Below are positions 26,635-36,733 of a stretch of DNA of 64,000 nt, one piece after another. The translations under genes and the position numbers were made by a program. Below the pieces are notes generated by a model. The model was not told the origin of the DNA and did not search any database. It was given only the letters and a program-made list of their open reading frames with translations. The stretch is taken from contig JACPBX010000003.1 in the NCBI GenBank assembly GCA_016180085.1, positions 2,652-66,651 of the forward strand, in the 5' to 3' direction. Numbering within the stretch: the first letter of the stretch is position 1; each line of letters begins with the position of its first letter. Source of the stretch: Candidatus Woesearchaeota archaeon. GTDB taxonomy: Archaea; Nanobdellota; Nanobdellia; Woesearchaeales; UBA10216.

Positions 26635-27477
26635 ATGCTTGAGCACCTTTTCCCTCACTCCTGGATTAGGGAGCGCGTCTGGCTTATGTTCTTCCTTGGC
26701 TTTGCATTCTCGGTAGTGGGCATGGGCTCTGCCCTTATACTGTTTCCGGGTGATGCTGCTTTTCCGGCCATAGCCTTTACAGCGCTTCTTTCCCTGCCAT
26801 CGCTTAACAGGCTGCTTGCCGCTGAGTCAGGCGAGGCTGCCTCTGAGGAAAGATTCGACCTGCTGGACCCTTTCAGGAACCATGCTGATATCTTTGGGGT
26901 TTACCTGTTCCTGTTTCTGGGCGTTCTTCTGGCGTTTTCTGTTTTTGCCCTGCTCCTTCCCGGCATAGCAGCTAATGAACTCTTCTCTGGGCAGCTGGCT
27001 GCCGTTGGCCTTGCCGGAAAGGCAACAGGTGCCGCGTTTGGCATCTCTTTCGCGTCTGTCTTTTTCAACAACTTCCTTGTTTTCTGCTTTGCGTTTTTGG
27101 CTTCCTTTATTTACGGCAGCGGCTCTGTCTTTGTCATAATCTGGAACGCTTCTGTCTGGGGGGTTGTGTTTGGCTCCATAGCGAGGGAAGCCTCATTGAA
27201 TGTGGCCCTTGGCCCTCTGGCTTACTTTGGCAAGATGATGCTTGCTGTATCTCCCCACATGATAACAGAAGCCTCGGCATATGTGTTGGCAGCGATTGCA
27301 GGCGGGATTGTCTCCCAGGCAATTATCAGAGAGAAGTTTTTTTCGGCAAGATTTTCAAACGTTGTTCAGGCTGCCCTGGTCGTATTTTTGTTCGCGACTG
27401 TGCTGCTTGTTGCCTCAGCTTACATTGAAACAGGCATCACCTACAGGATGCTCAGGCTGCTTGGGCTTGGTGCTTAA
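26635..27477 (+). CDS. SpoIIM/DUF95-like integral membrane protein
   Basis: FFNNFLV...IIWNASVWG pattern with multiple TM helices. TATA gtttaaata lies about 20 nt upstream. Confidence 0.6.
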   Translation: MLEHLFPHSWIRERVWLMFFLGFAFSVVGMGSALILFPGDAAFPAIAFTALLSLPSLNRLLAAESGEAASEERFDLLDPFRNHADIFGVYLFLFLGVLLAFSVFALLLPGIAANELFSGQLAAVGLAGKATGAAFGISFASVFFNNFLVFCFAFLASFIYGSGSVFVIIWNASVWGVVFGSIAREASLNVALGPLAYFGKMMLAVSPHMITEASAYVLAAIAGGIVSQAIIREKFFSARFSNVVQAALVVFLFATVLLVASAYIETGITYRMLRLLGLGA

Positions 27478-27498
27478 CCGTCTTAACCGTAAAGCAAA

Positions 27499-30400
27499 AT
27501 GTTCAGTAAAAAAGGTGTGCGGGAAGGAGCACATGGAGGCGCGCATGGGAGCGCTGTTGGGAAGGGCAGGCACGGCCAGCGTGCTGCAGCTGCAGCAACT
27601 CCCGCTGTAACTTTTCACAGCCGTCTGCCTTTCCTGTTGCTCGCCGTAGTTGTTTTTCTGGGCGTTGTAGGCTTTGCTGTCTTTAACGTTTACAACTTCA
27701 GGTTTGGCGCTGTTGGCAAGGCTTACTCTGCTGTTGTCCTGAACGAAAGCAGCTTCAGGACAGGCGCTGTGCTGAGCTCTGAAGCCTCTGTCCCGAGGCA
27801 GCTCAGCCTTGTTGTGCAGGGCCCTGTTTCAGCCGCAACTGCCCTGATAAGCGGCACTGCTTCTGGCGTTACGGTAAGCATCGGTCCTGACTCTGTTTAC
27901 GAGCAGTATGGAGAACTGCCTGTGCAGCCTGAGCAGGTTGGAGATTTCTCATACGAGATAAACAGGCAGTGCAGCTCCTTCCCCTGCGAGGTTGAGCTTA
28001 CGGTTGTTTCAGCGTCATCCGGAACTGTTGCTTTGTCTGACTTCAGCCTCGTGCCGGCAGTAGCAGAATCAGACATGCCAAGCATTAGCGTTGAAACCGA
28101 TAAGAACTACTACAACATTGGCGATTCCGTCATGCTGGTGGGCGCTCCGCAAGCTGGCTCAAAGCCTGTTTCGGTTGTAAATAACCCGAAGCCGGAAGCT
28201 GTTCCCGGAAATATCACTGTTAAGGTTCAGAGGATGTCAGTCCGGGCAGATTCGGCTGAGCCGGGCTGGGAGGATGTTTCTGGGGTAATGGCTGTTGCAA
28301 AGGATGTTTCTGTTCCTGCTTCCGGCTTTCTTGACATCGCAGCTGAGCTTGGCATTTCAGAATTTTTCAGGGCGTCTGAGCCAGGAAGGTTCAGGATTCT
28401 GGCTGAGTTCGCAATGCCTGATGGCTCGGTGCTGAGCGATGCCTCTGAGTTTGCCGCCAGGGCAGAACAAAAAGAGCTGGCCTGCAGCATCAATTTCGAC
28501 TGTCCTGTTTATCATTCGTGCCAGAATGGGGTGTGCGTCAACTTCTGCGGTGGGGAAGGGCAGCCAGGCCAGCCCGGCCAGCCTGGCGAGCCGGCAGAGC
28601 CTCCTGAGGAACCGCCTGAGGAACCAGGAAACAAGTCGGTGCAGGCTTCCAGGTCAGACCTGTCTAGAATGAACATTGCCAGGCTGAATGCGCTGGGCTT
28701 TGAGATTGAAAAAGGCCAGGGTAATGCCGATGTTGGCAATATTGACCTTTCAGATTACAGCATCACAGCTGAGGGCGATGCAGTTGTTGTCAGCAAAGGC
28801 AGCTCGGTCAGGAAGTTTTCCGGTGATGCTGGCAGCTTTGTCATTGCTGACAGCAAGGGCAATAAAATATTACTCAAAAGGGTTGCTCCGCAGCAGCAAA
28901 AGGTTGCCTCGCACATAATCGAGCTGAAGTCAGAGCCCCTGCTGAAGTATAAGGCATCAGTCGAGGAGCAGCTTGCCACTTCTGCAAGTGCAGGCGGTGC
29001 AGCCGGAGTTGACGGCTATGCAGGTCCGGCTAAAGACTCTGTGAAAGACTTGGTGAAGAATAGCGTTGATGCTTACAAAAAAAGGCTTGCCGATGCAAAG
29101 GTGCAGGCGCTGCTGGAAATGGCGCAGGCAAATCCAAACCTGCCAGGCAGCATAGTGAAGGAATACAGCAAAGCCTTCAGCGGGTTCGCAGCAAATCTCA
29201 GCGACGAGGAAGCTGCCACAGTCAGGAAGCTGCCCAGCGTCAGGGCAGTTTACCCAAACGGCAGGGTCTTTGCGCTGCTTGACAACAGCGTTAACCAGAT
29301 TTCTGCTGACGAGGTATGGAAGCTCAAGGACAAAAACGGGGCAGCCCTGACCGGAAAAGGCGTTACCATAGCCATTATTGATACTGGCGTTGACTACACC
29401 CATCCCGACCTTGGAGGCTGTTTTGGCAGTGGCTGCAAGGTCGCAGGTGGTTATGACTTTTTTAATGATGATCCCGATCCAATTGACGACCATGGCCACG
29501 GCACCCACGTTGCCGCAACTGCTGCCGGCAGCGGAATTCTGAAAGGAGTTGCCCCTGATGCCACAGTTTACGCTTACAAGGTTCTCGGCGCTGGAGGAGG
29601 GGGAAACTGGGACGATGTAATAGCTGCCATTGAGCGCTCTGTTGACCCGAATGAAGATGGCGACTTTTCCGACCACCTTGACGTTATAAGCATGAGCCTT
29701 GGTGGCTCTGGCAACCCTGACGACCCTCAGTCGCAGGCAGTTGACAATGCAGTGAGCAACGGCGTTGTTGCAGTTATTGCTGCAGGAAACTCTGGCCCTG
29801 GGAGCGGCACTATTGGAAGCCCCGGAACCGCCAGAAAGGCAATAACCGTTGGCGCTGTTGACAAGTGCGACAACATTGCAGGCTTCAGCTCCCGCGGGCC
29901 GGTTGTTTGGGAAGGCGGAACATTGCTTAAGCCAGACATAGTTGCTCCTGGAGTTGACATCTGCGCAGCGCAGTGGGACAGCTGGCTGGCTGATTTGAAA
30001 TGCGTTGATGACAGGCACATAGCCATCTCCGGCACTTCAATGGCAACCCCACATGTCTCAGGCGCTGCAGCGCTTCTGCTCCAGGCCAACCCAGAATGGA
30101 GTCCTGAAGATGTCAAGTCAGCCATGATGCTTGGCGCTCACGACCTTGGCCTCAGCCCGACAGACCAGGGAGCTGGCAGGCTTGACGTGCTCAGGTCGCT
30201 CAATCCGGCAATTTCCGTCTTGCCGAACAGCGTATCATTTGAGCTTTCTGAAGGCACCTCATACTCTACAGACCTTGAAATCACAAACCTTCTTGATAAG
30301 GAAATGGCTGTGGAATTCAGTGCTGTTACCTTCGACTTGGATGGGAAGGTGTACGACTTCGCGAGTGTTGAGCCCGAAAGCCTTACCCTGGCTCCAAATG

Positions 30401-31047
30401 GCAAAGGCACAGTGCAGCTTTTAGTTGACGTCCAGCCCGACTCTGAAGGCTACTTCATCGGGAGGATATCAGTGCAGGTTCCCAGCCCTTCACGCCCTGA
30501 TGAAGTGGATGTTCTTGTCGTGCCTTTTTCATTCTCGCGGACTTCCCAGATGGTTGTTTCGGCTGTTGATTCCGGAGGCAGGCCCCTGCTTGCTGACTTC
30601 TATCTCCACAGCAACGACCTTGAGCAATTATCCCGTGCATCATTCGGGATTGACTACGTAGGTGACAGCTATACATTCAAGCTGAAAAGTGGCAGTTATA
30701 CGGTCCACGCTGTAAGCGTTTTCGAAAGCCCTGTCCAGTTTTTCCTTTCCAAGGCTGTTGCGCTGCCTGTTGGCTCAAAGCTAAGCATCCCGCTGAGCAC
30801 TGCCGACGCAAGGCAGTTCAAGGTCCCGGCAGAATCCTTCAGCAAGGTTCCTCTCAGGCTTAACACGTGGGAAAAGGCTTTGCTGATATACAATGACAAA
30901 TCACTGTGGTCAACCACTTACACGGCATTCTCCCCAAATATTCCTGACGGTAATAAGGTTGTTTACGTTTCAGACAGGCCTGAAAACGGCCTTAACACTG
31001 ACGTGATAATAGACTACGAGGGCTATCCCACAAACATACCAAAATGA
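27499..31047 (+). CDS. Membrane-anchored subtilisin-like (S8) serine protease with I9 propeptide
   Basis: IIDTGVDYTHPDL (Asp), HGHGTHVAAT (His), SGTSMATPHVSGAAALL (Ser). I9-like FSGFAANLSDEEA...VRAVYPN. Confidence 0.9.
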   Translation: MFSKKGVREGAHGGAHGSAVGKGRHGQRAAAAATPAVTFHSRLPFLLLAVVVFLGVVGFAVFNVYNFRFGAVGKAYSAVVLNESSFRTGAVLSSEASVPRQLSLVVQGPVSAATALISGTASGVTVSIGPDSVYEQYGELPVQPEQVGDFSYEINRQCSSFPCEVELTVVSASSGTVALSDFSLVPAVAESDMPSISVETDKNYYNIGDSVMLVGAPQAGSKPVSVVNNPKPEAVPGNITVKVQRMSVRADSAEPGWEDVSGVMAVAKDVSVPASGFLDIAAELGISEFFRASEPGRFRILAEFAMPDGSVLSDASEFAARAEQKELACSINFDCPVYHSCQNGVCVNFCGGEGQPGQPGQPGEPAEPPEEPPEEPGNKSVQASRSDLSRMNIARLNALGFEIEKGQGNADVGNIDLSDYSITAEGDAVVVSKGSSVRKFSGDAGSFVIADSKGNKILLKRVAPQQQKVASHIIELKSEPLLKYKASVEEQLATSASAGGAAGVDGYAGPAKDSVKDLVKNSVDAYKKRLADAKVQALLEMAQANPNLPGSIVKEYSKAFSGFAANLSDEEAATVRKLPSVRAVYPNGRVFALLDNSVNQISADEVWKLKDKNGAALTGKGVTIAIIDTGVDYTHPDLGGCFGSGCKVAGGYDFFNDDPDPIDDHGHGTHVAATAAGSGILKGVAPDATVYAYKVLGAGGGGNWDDVIAAIERSVDPNEDGDFSDHLDVISMSLGGSGNPDDPQSQAVDNAVSNGVVAVIAAGNSGPGSGTIGSPGTARKAITVGAVDKCDNIAGFSSRGPVVWEGGTLLKPDIVAPGVDICAAQWDSWLADLKCVDDRHIAISGTSMATPHVSGAAALLLQANPEWSPEDVKSAMMLGAHDLGLSPTDQGAGRLDVLRSLNPAISVLPNSVSFELSEGTSYSTDLEITNLLDKEMAVEFSAVTFDLDGKVYDFASVEPESLTLAPNGKGTVQLLVDVQPDSEGYFIGRISVQVPSPSRPDEVDVLVVPFSFSRTSQMVVSAVDSGGRPLLADFYLHSNDLEQLSRASFGIDYVGDSYTFKLKSGSYTVHAVSVFESPVQFFLSKAVALPVGSKLSIPLSTADARQFKVPAESFSKVPLRLNTWEKALLIYNDKSLWSTTYTAFSPNIPDGNKVVYVSDRPENGLNTDVIIDYEGYPTNIPK

Positions 31048-34000
31048 AAATGAGAGCTGTTCATTGCTTGCCGAACAAAAAATTCTGCACCAGCAGAATT
31101 CTGGCTGCAGTGCTGCTGGCCGCTGTTGCTGTGCTGGTTTCAGGATGTTACACTGATGACTACCTGTTGTCATCTGAGCATTACTTTTCCGGGTGGGTTT
31201 TGCATAACGTTGATGCCTCAACAAAGACAGACCTGAGCTACTCAAAAGCCGATGTTGCCGAGCTGAACTACTCATTTGGCTTCCCTTCATCTGTGCCTGC
31301 AGAGTCTTCCTCAGTGGACTGGTGGATAATGCCCCTTCACAAAAACCAGCTCTTTGCTTTCGTGATTGGCTTGAATAAGGTCTTTCCTGTCCCGCTTAAT
31401 ACCACCTATTACATTTTCGGCCAGAACGGCCCTGAGGATTTTTACGAAACAAAGTGGTCTTTCAGCACGCAGCTTAGCCATAGTTATGCCCTGTCTGGCG
31501 CTGGAGAAATTGTTCCAATTGCTCCCGAAGCAACGCAGTTCTTTCCTTCAGATGACGCGTTTTTTGACGCATACAACCCTGTGGCTGGCGAGTCAAAGCC
31601 CGTGCTGCTCGGCTCACCCCCGTTCCTGCCCACAAGCGTTTCAGTTACCGATACAGGCAGCTCTGCCCACATAAACCTCTCAAGCCCCCTCATCAGTCTC
31701 GCCAGTGGCAATGGCTTTGTGAGCTATTACGCGGATGAATTTGCAGCTCCGACTTACAAGGTGCTTAAATCAGATGGCAAAATTTTCTGGGAGGGCGAGC
31801 TTACAGATGCCAGTACAGGCAAAATCAGCCACAAAGCGCTTGACGTTTCTGTTTCAAAGCCTGACACTTACAGTATTGTGCTTAAGATTCCTCTGCCTTA
31901 CGAGGCATGGAACCTTACAGAGGTTACAGCATCATTCACTTACCCTTCCTCAGACATAAGCCCGCCTGTGCTTGAAAAGGTTGATGTTTTGCCAAGATTT
32001 ACTCCAGGCAAGGACCTTCCGGTTTCTGTGCGGTTTTCTGATAATGTGCAAATCGCATCTGTTGAGGTTTACGCGAGAATATCTCCCGAGTCAGAATGGC
32101 AAAAGCTTTCGGTCACTGAAGAGTCAGGGCTTGCCAACGCCTTCTTCTCAGTTGCGGAAGGCGCTTCAAGGGTTGACCTTAAGCTTGCTGCAAAAGACCT
32201 GTCAGGCAACGGGGCTTCTTACATAATAAATTATGCATCGCTCCCTGCTGTTGAAACAAAGCTTGCGCTTGATGTCCCTTCAGAGCTGACAAGGCTCCAG
32301 AAGGTTCGCCTGTCCGGCACATGCTCCCACACGAATGGGCAGAATTGCAATGAAGAGCTTATATTAATAAGGGTTGATGGCTCTGAAGCTGCAAGGACAA
32401 TCGCCAGAGAAGGCAAATTCGAGCTTGACTTTACAATGCCTGAAAGCTCCTCGCCCGAATCGAAGCTATCTGCAGCCTTCCTGGGCACAGGAACGCTCTC
32501 CCAGGCATCTACAGATGTTTCAGTGGCTGTTCCCTCGCATGGCCGTGATGTTGGAGTTGCTGATTTGTCAGTCAGGGACGCGCTGTTGGGTGAGCCTTTC
32601 AAGGTATCAGCCAGGGTTGTCAATGTTGGCGGGCAGGAAGAAAAGGATGTGGCTGTTGAGCTTACAGCCAACGGCGACCTGATTTCTTCCAAGACATTGG
32701 AGGCCCTTGCTGTTGCCGAAAGCAGGGATGTGTCGTTTGACTTCTTCCCTGAAGAAGGGTTCTACGATATTGCAATCTCAGCAACAGCAAAGGCAGATGA
32801 GAACAGCCTTAACAATGAGGTCAGTGAAGGTGTTGATGTAGAATATGCTGCTCCTGACGTTTCTGTTTATGCTGAGCCTGCCAAGACAGCTGTTTTCTCC
32901 AAAACAGCCGTAACCTTGCAAGTGACAAACTACGGCGAGGTAAAGGCTACTGGCATTAAAGCGCAGCTTTATGACCTCTACAAGCCTGTCAGTACATTTA
33001 TTGACTTGTCAGAGGAAAAGCCAGGTAAAGGCAGTGGAGGCGGAGGAGGCGGTAAAGAAGGCAAGAAAAAAGTTTCGGCTTCTTATAACGATACTGATTA
33101 CGATATAGAGGCAGAGCGTGTCGGCCAAAGCATTGTGCTGACGGTTTCGGTGAAGGGCAAGCCGGAAACAGCTGAGGAGCTCACATTTACAAACAGCCTA
33201 AAGGTGCAAAAGCTTGCCAGTGGGGTTTACTTTTACATGGACTTTGCCTCACATTTTGGCGCTTTCTTTCGGATAGGCACGGCAACTGTTTCTGAGGTTT
33301 CTGTTGGTAACCTTAACAGCTTTGAGGAGAGGGCAGTGCCTGTTGACTGGGCGCCTGGCTCTATTGGCGAATACATCCTGGTTGCTTTTGTTTCCGCAGA
33401 CTCTGACAGCTACACTGGCAACAATTACTATTCTGTGGATGGCAGGTCGCTGAAGGAAGGCGTCAACGTTGAAAGCTCCCTGAGCATAGACTTCAGCAAA
33501 AAATTCGTTACAGGCGTAAAGACAGCCATCCCTGCTGAGGTAGAGAACATAGGAAGCGAGTCTGCAAAGAAGATTGTTGTTTCGCTTTACGAGGAAAAAG
33601 ATGAGGATGGAAGCGAAGAGGAGAAGACGAAGGAGTCTAAGCCGGTTCCTGGAGCAATAAAAGCTACGCTTATAGGGACGCAAGCAATAGATGAGCTGGA
33701 TGTTAAGAAATCAAGGAAGCTCATTTTTGACTGGGTGCCGAAGAAATCCGGCGTAAGGCGCCTGACCCTGATTGCAGAGGTCAAAGGCGATGTTGACGCC
33801 AGTGATAACGATGCCGTTGGCTTTGCCAGGGTTGTTCCGAAGGACAAGGCAGACCTTGATGCTTCGCTATTCCACCCGGATGATGAATTGCTGGCAGGGC
33901 AGGCAGTAAATGTTACAGGCAGCGCCTATAACGCAGGCATCAAGGCTGCCGAAAACACTGTTGCCTCGCTCTACGAAATCAAAGGTAGTTTAGATGATTT

Positions 34001-36722
34001 AGATGAAGATGATATCGCAAGCAGGGAACGGAAGCTTGTTGGCAGGAAGGAGCTTGGCTCTGTCAGACCAGAATCCTTTTTTGAGTTTGACTTTGACTGG
34101 ACGCCATCTTCAGCAGGAGAATTTTCACTAGAGCTGGTGCTCGAGGCATCTAACGAAGGCAATAATGAAGACAATACCGACATCGTGGAAGCTTTTGTGC
34201 AGAGGAAAGAGGTTGACGCCGAGGTTAGCAGCCTTGAGTTTCCCGACTTCATCATTTCCGAAGCCCAGAACCCGATATACGCCATTGTTACCAAAATCGG
34301 AAAGGAGGAGCCTGGGCCGTTTAACATCACGCTGAAGGCAAACGGCCTCGTCGTTTCAACAGTGTATGACTTCACCTTCAGCCAGTTTACAACGACACAG
34401 TATGTCCAACTTTGGTGGACTCCGGCTGCAGCCGGTAAATACGTTGTTGAGGCAGAGCTCAACCTCAGTGATTCTGACACTTCAAACAATGCAAAATCAA
34501 AGAAGGCGGATGTGACCGGCAAGAGGCAGGTGAACATTACCTTCCTTGCCCCAGATGGCACGCCTGCCGAGAGGCTGCTGGCAGTTGGAGATTTTGATGG
34601 CACTGTGACTGGGACAGTAGGCGTCACTTTGCCTGATGCTCCGGTTGACGTCTGGATTGGCATGAAGGAAGAAGAAGGGAATTCTGTCGCTTCTGTCTAT
34701 GAGAAGTCGTCCATTAGGGGGAATGTTACTGTAGTTACAGCCCGCTCAGCTACGCCTTCTGTCCAGAACGGCGTGCTTGTCTACGAGTTTTTCGCCAACA
34801 ATATCTCGTGGAGCTACCAGTCTGTTTCAGAGTTCCTAAGCAGGAGGCTTTCAGACCTGACCATCCGCTACACCGAGCTCAAGGCGTTTGTGTGCGATGG
34901 CTTTGACTTTGCAGGCTCAAAATGCGGGAACTGGCAGGAAGTGCCTTCTGACATAATTGTTGACTCCGGCGTTTTGCTTGTGACAGCCTCAGCGAGCAGG
35001 GCAAACTCATTTGCGATTGGCGACAAGGACTACGACGATGACAACCAGCCAGACTGGGATGACAGCGATGCCGATAATGACGGCGTTGACGATGAAACAG
35101 ACAGCTTTGTCTGCTTCAACGGCAGGCTCAAGTCGACAAAGCTGAATGTGAGCGTTGACGGAAGTTCGGATGCAAAGGATGTTGAAGGCAAGAAAACGGT
35201 GGATTTCAAGCAGGGTGAAAGGCAGATAGCAGAGTTCACGGCTGATTTCGACAAGGGCGTCCTTGACTGCAGGGATGTTACGGTTGAAAAGCAGCCTGAG
35301 TCAGCCAAATCAGGCTACGTTCTTATTTCAGGAATAGCTAATTCAGCTGAGCCCAAGAAGGTTTTTGTTGACAAGATCGCGAAGATAAGCAGGGTCTGCG
35401 TAAAAGATGCTGAGATAATCTCCATAGCTGAAGTAAGCCAGGGCTGCACGGGAAGCAGCGAGTTCATTGTGCTATGCAACGGAGTGAAGCAGGGCAGCTA
35501 TACCTGCACAGAAACAGAAAGCCAGTATGTAATCACAGGCGTTGTGCACTCTGGAATAATAGAGCTTACAGATTGCCAGGAGTCGTGGTTATGCACTGAC
35601 TGGAGCGCATGCGTTTCAGGGAAGCAAACACGCAGCTGCACTGACTCGCACAACTGCGGCACACAGTCAAGCAAGCCTCTGGGCGAGCAGCCCTGTCAAA
35701 CTAGTGGCGGAGGCGGTGGAGGTGGTGGAGGAGGAGGCGGTGCTTCGCGAAGGACGTTTGGGCTTGATGATCTGGAAAACTGGGTTGCAGGCAAGACAGA
35801 GCAGCTGCTGGTAAGGGAAAAGGACGTCATTACCTTTGACTTCGGCAGGCGCAATTACAGGCTGGTTGTGAGGGATATAGCGAGTGCCTTTGTAAGGATT
35901 GACATTTCATCAGAAACAAAGGACAGCACAATAGGCAAAAGCGAAACCATGCTGTTTGACCTTAACAAGGATGGCACTGATGACCTTGCCCTGACATTCA
36001 TAAGCCTTGATTTCAACAAGGCTGTTATCACGCTGCAAAGGCTTGAGCCAAAGCCAGTGGAAGCAGCCAAGCCAAAACCTGCGCAGCCTTCCACGCAGCC
36101 TACGCAGCAGTCAGAATCAGAACAGCCACCTCAACAGCAGGTAGTGCAGCCAGAAAAAGAGCCTGCACAACCACGCATTGGCCTCAGAAATGTGGGCAGG
36201 ACTGCGTTCTTTGCCTTGATAGCTGGAGTGCTGGCCGTAATTCTACTGGCAGCAATCGCTTTCGTCTCAAACATGCTGGGCAGGCCGAGGCAGCCTAAAC
36301 AACCTCGGCAGCCTTACCAGCTTCAGCAGCCGCACCACCCACCGTACCAACCTCATCACCCCGCTTACTATCAGGCTCATCACGCAGCCGCAACCCACCC
36401 AACGGCTCACATTCCAACACACATCCCAGCCCATCCTGCGCAGCAGCCTGCACACCCACCAGTTCATCCTGCCCATGCTGCCGTCCATGCCGTCCAGCCC
36501 AGGGCACAGGCTGCACCAAGCCCGACAATTGCAGATGTTGAGGCGTTCATTAACCGCTGTCTGGCGAGAAGGCTGTCTTCTGAGCAGATTGTAAGGCTCT
36601 TCGCCAATGCCGGCTGGAGCCCCAGGCTTATTGAGCACGTTATCAAGGTTAAGATTGCAGAACTCACCAGGGAAAGGCATAGGATTGAGCATTCGCTGCA
36701 CATGCACGAAACCAGGAAGTAA
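31044..36722 (+). CDS. Giant (1892 aa) surface lipoprotein/adhesin with C-terminal TM anchor
   Basis: Lipobox LVSGC and repeated CARDB-like beta-sandwich segments. It has two poly-Gly linkers (DNA 35706-41 encodes 12 Gly), the TM segment FFALIAGVLAVILLAAIAFV and a His/Pro/Gln-rich tail. ATGA overlap with the protease gene. Confidence 0.8.
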   Translation: MKMRAVHCLPNKKFCTSRILAAVLLAAVAVLVSGCYTDDYLLSSEHYFSGWVLHNVDASTKTDLSYSKADVAELNYSFGFPSSVPAESSSVDWWIMPLHKNQLFAFVIGLNKVFPVPLNTTYYIFGQNGPEDFYETKWSFSTQLSHSYALSGAGEIVPIAPEATQFFPSDDAFFDAYNPVAGESKPVLLGSPPFLPTSVSVTDTGSSAHINLSSPLISLASGNGFVSYYADEFAAPTYKVLKSDGKIFWEGELTDASTGKISHKALDVSVSKPDTYSIVLKIPLPYEAWNLTEVTASFTYPSSDISPPVLEKVDVLPRFTPGKDLPVSVRFSDNVQIASVEVYARISPESEWQKLSVTEESGLANAFFSVAEGASRVDLKLAAKDLSGNGASYIINYASLPAVETKLALDVPSELTRLQKVRLSGTCSHTNGQNCNEELILIRVDGSEAARTIAREGKFELDFTMPESSSPESKLSAAFLGTGTLSQASTDVSVAVPSHGRDVGVADLSVRDALLGEPFKVSARVVNVGGQEEKDVAVELTANGDLISSKTLEALAVAESRDVSFDFFPEEGFYDIAISATAKADENSLNNEVSEGVDVEYAAPDVSVYAEPAKTAVFSKTAVTLQVTNYGEVKATGIKAQLYDLYKPVSTFIDLSEEKPGKGSGGGGGGKEGKKKVSASYNDTDYDIEAERVGQSIVLTVSVKGKPETAEELTFTNSLKVQKLASGVYFYMDFASHFGAFFRIGTATVSEVSVGNLNSFEERAVPVDWAPGSIGEYILVAFVSADSDSYTGNNYYSVDGRSLKEGVNVESSLSIDFSKKFVTGVKTAIPAEVENIGSESAKKIVVSLYEEKDEDGSEEEKTKESKPVPGAIKATLIGTQAIDELDVKKSRKLIFDWVPKKSGVRRLTLIAEVKGDVDASDNDAVGFARVVPKDKADLDASLFHPDDELLAGQAVNVTGSAYNAGIKAAENTVASLYEIKGSLDDLDEDDIASRERKLVGRKELGSVRPESFFEFDFDWTPSSAGEFSLELVLEASNEGNNEDNTDIVEAFVQRKEVDAEVSSLEFPDFIISEAQNPIYAIVTKIGKEEPGPFNITLKANGLVVSTVYDFTFSQFTTTQYVQLWWTPAAAGKYVVEAELNLSDSDTSNNAKSKKADVTGKRQVNITFLAPDGTPAERLLAVGDFDGTVTGTVGVTLPDAPVDVWIGMKEEEGNSVASVYEKSSIRGNVTVVTARSATPSVQNGVLVYEFFANNISWSYQSVSEFLSRRLSDLTIRYTELKAFVCDGFDFAGSKCGNWQEVPSDIIVDSGVLLVTASASRANSFAIGDKDYDDDNQPDWDDSDADNDGVDDETDSFVCFNGRLKSTKLNVSVDGSSDAKDVEGKKTVDFKQGERQIAEFTADFDKGVLDCRDVTVEKQPESAKSGYVLISGIANSAEPKKVFVDKIAKISRVCVKDAEIISIAEVSQGCTGSSEFIVLCNGVKQGSYTCTETESQYVITGVVHSGIIELTDCQESWLCTDWSACVSGKQTRSCTDSHNCGTQSSKPLGEQPCQTSGGGGGGGGGGGGASRRTFGLDDLENWVAGKTEQLLVREKDVITFDFGRRNYRLVVRDIASAFVRIDISSETKDSTIGKSETMLFDLNKDGTDDLALTFISLDFNKAVITLQRLEPKPVEAAKPKPAQPSTQPTQQSESEQPPQQQVVQPEKEPAQPRIGLRNVGRTAFFALIAGVLAVILLAAIAFVSNMLGRPRQPKQPRQPYQLQQPHHPPYQPHHPAYYQAHHAAATHPTAHIPTHIPAHPAQQPAHPPVHPAHAAVHAVQPRAQAAPSPTIADVEAFINRCLARRLSSEQIVRLFANAGWSPRLIEHVIKVKIAELTRERHRIEHSLHMHETRK

Positions 36723-36733
36723 AAGCTAAAATG

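Noticed and set aside
28555-28630. Short tandem DNA repeats (cagccaggc cagcccggc cagcctggc; cctcctgaggaa ccgcctgaggaa) in the protease gene
   Set aside because: They encode a Gly-Gln-Pro / Pro-Glu-Glu linker in frame, so this is ordinary low-complexity linker coding and not a separate element.
28957-30018. 353-aa ORF on the minus strand inside the S8 protease gene
   Set aside because: It is antisense to a gene with unambiguous Asp/His/Ser catalytic motifs. Its translation is low-complexity (Ala/Val/Asn/Cys-rich) with no motif. This is a typical shadow ORF of a moderately GC-rich coding region.
33971-34663. 230-aa minus-strand ORF (plus 32231-32692 and 33249-33683) inside the giant surface-protein gene
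   Set aside because: These are shadow ORFs antisense to a continuous 5.7-kb frame. Their composition is Ser/Thr/Leu-rich with no start context or promoter.
35706-35741. GGN-rich simple repeat considered as a microsatellite or contingency tract
   Set aside because: It is in frame and encodes a 12-Gly linker using mixed Gly codons (ggc/gga/ggt), so it is a protein-level low-complexity hinge rather than a slippage-prone homopolymeric DNA repeat.
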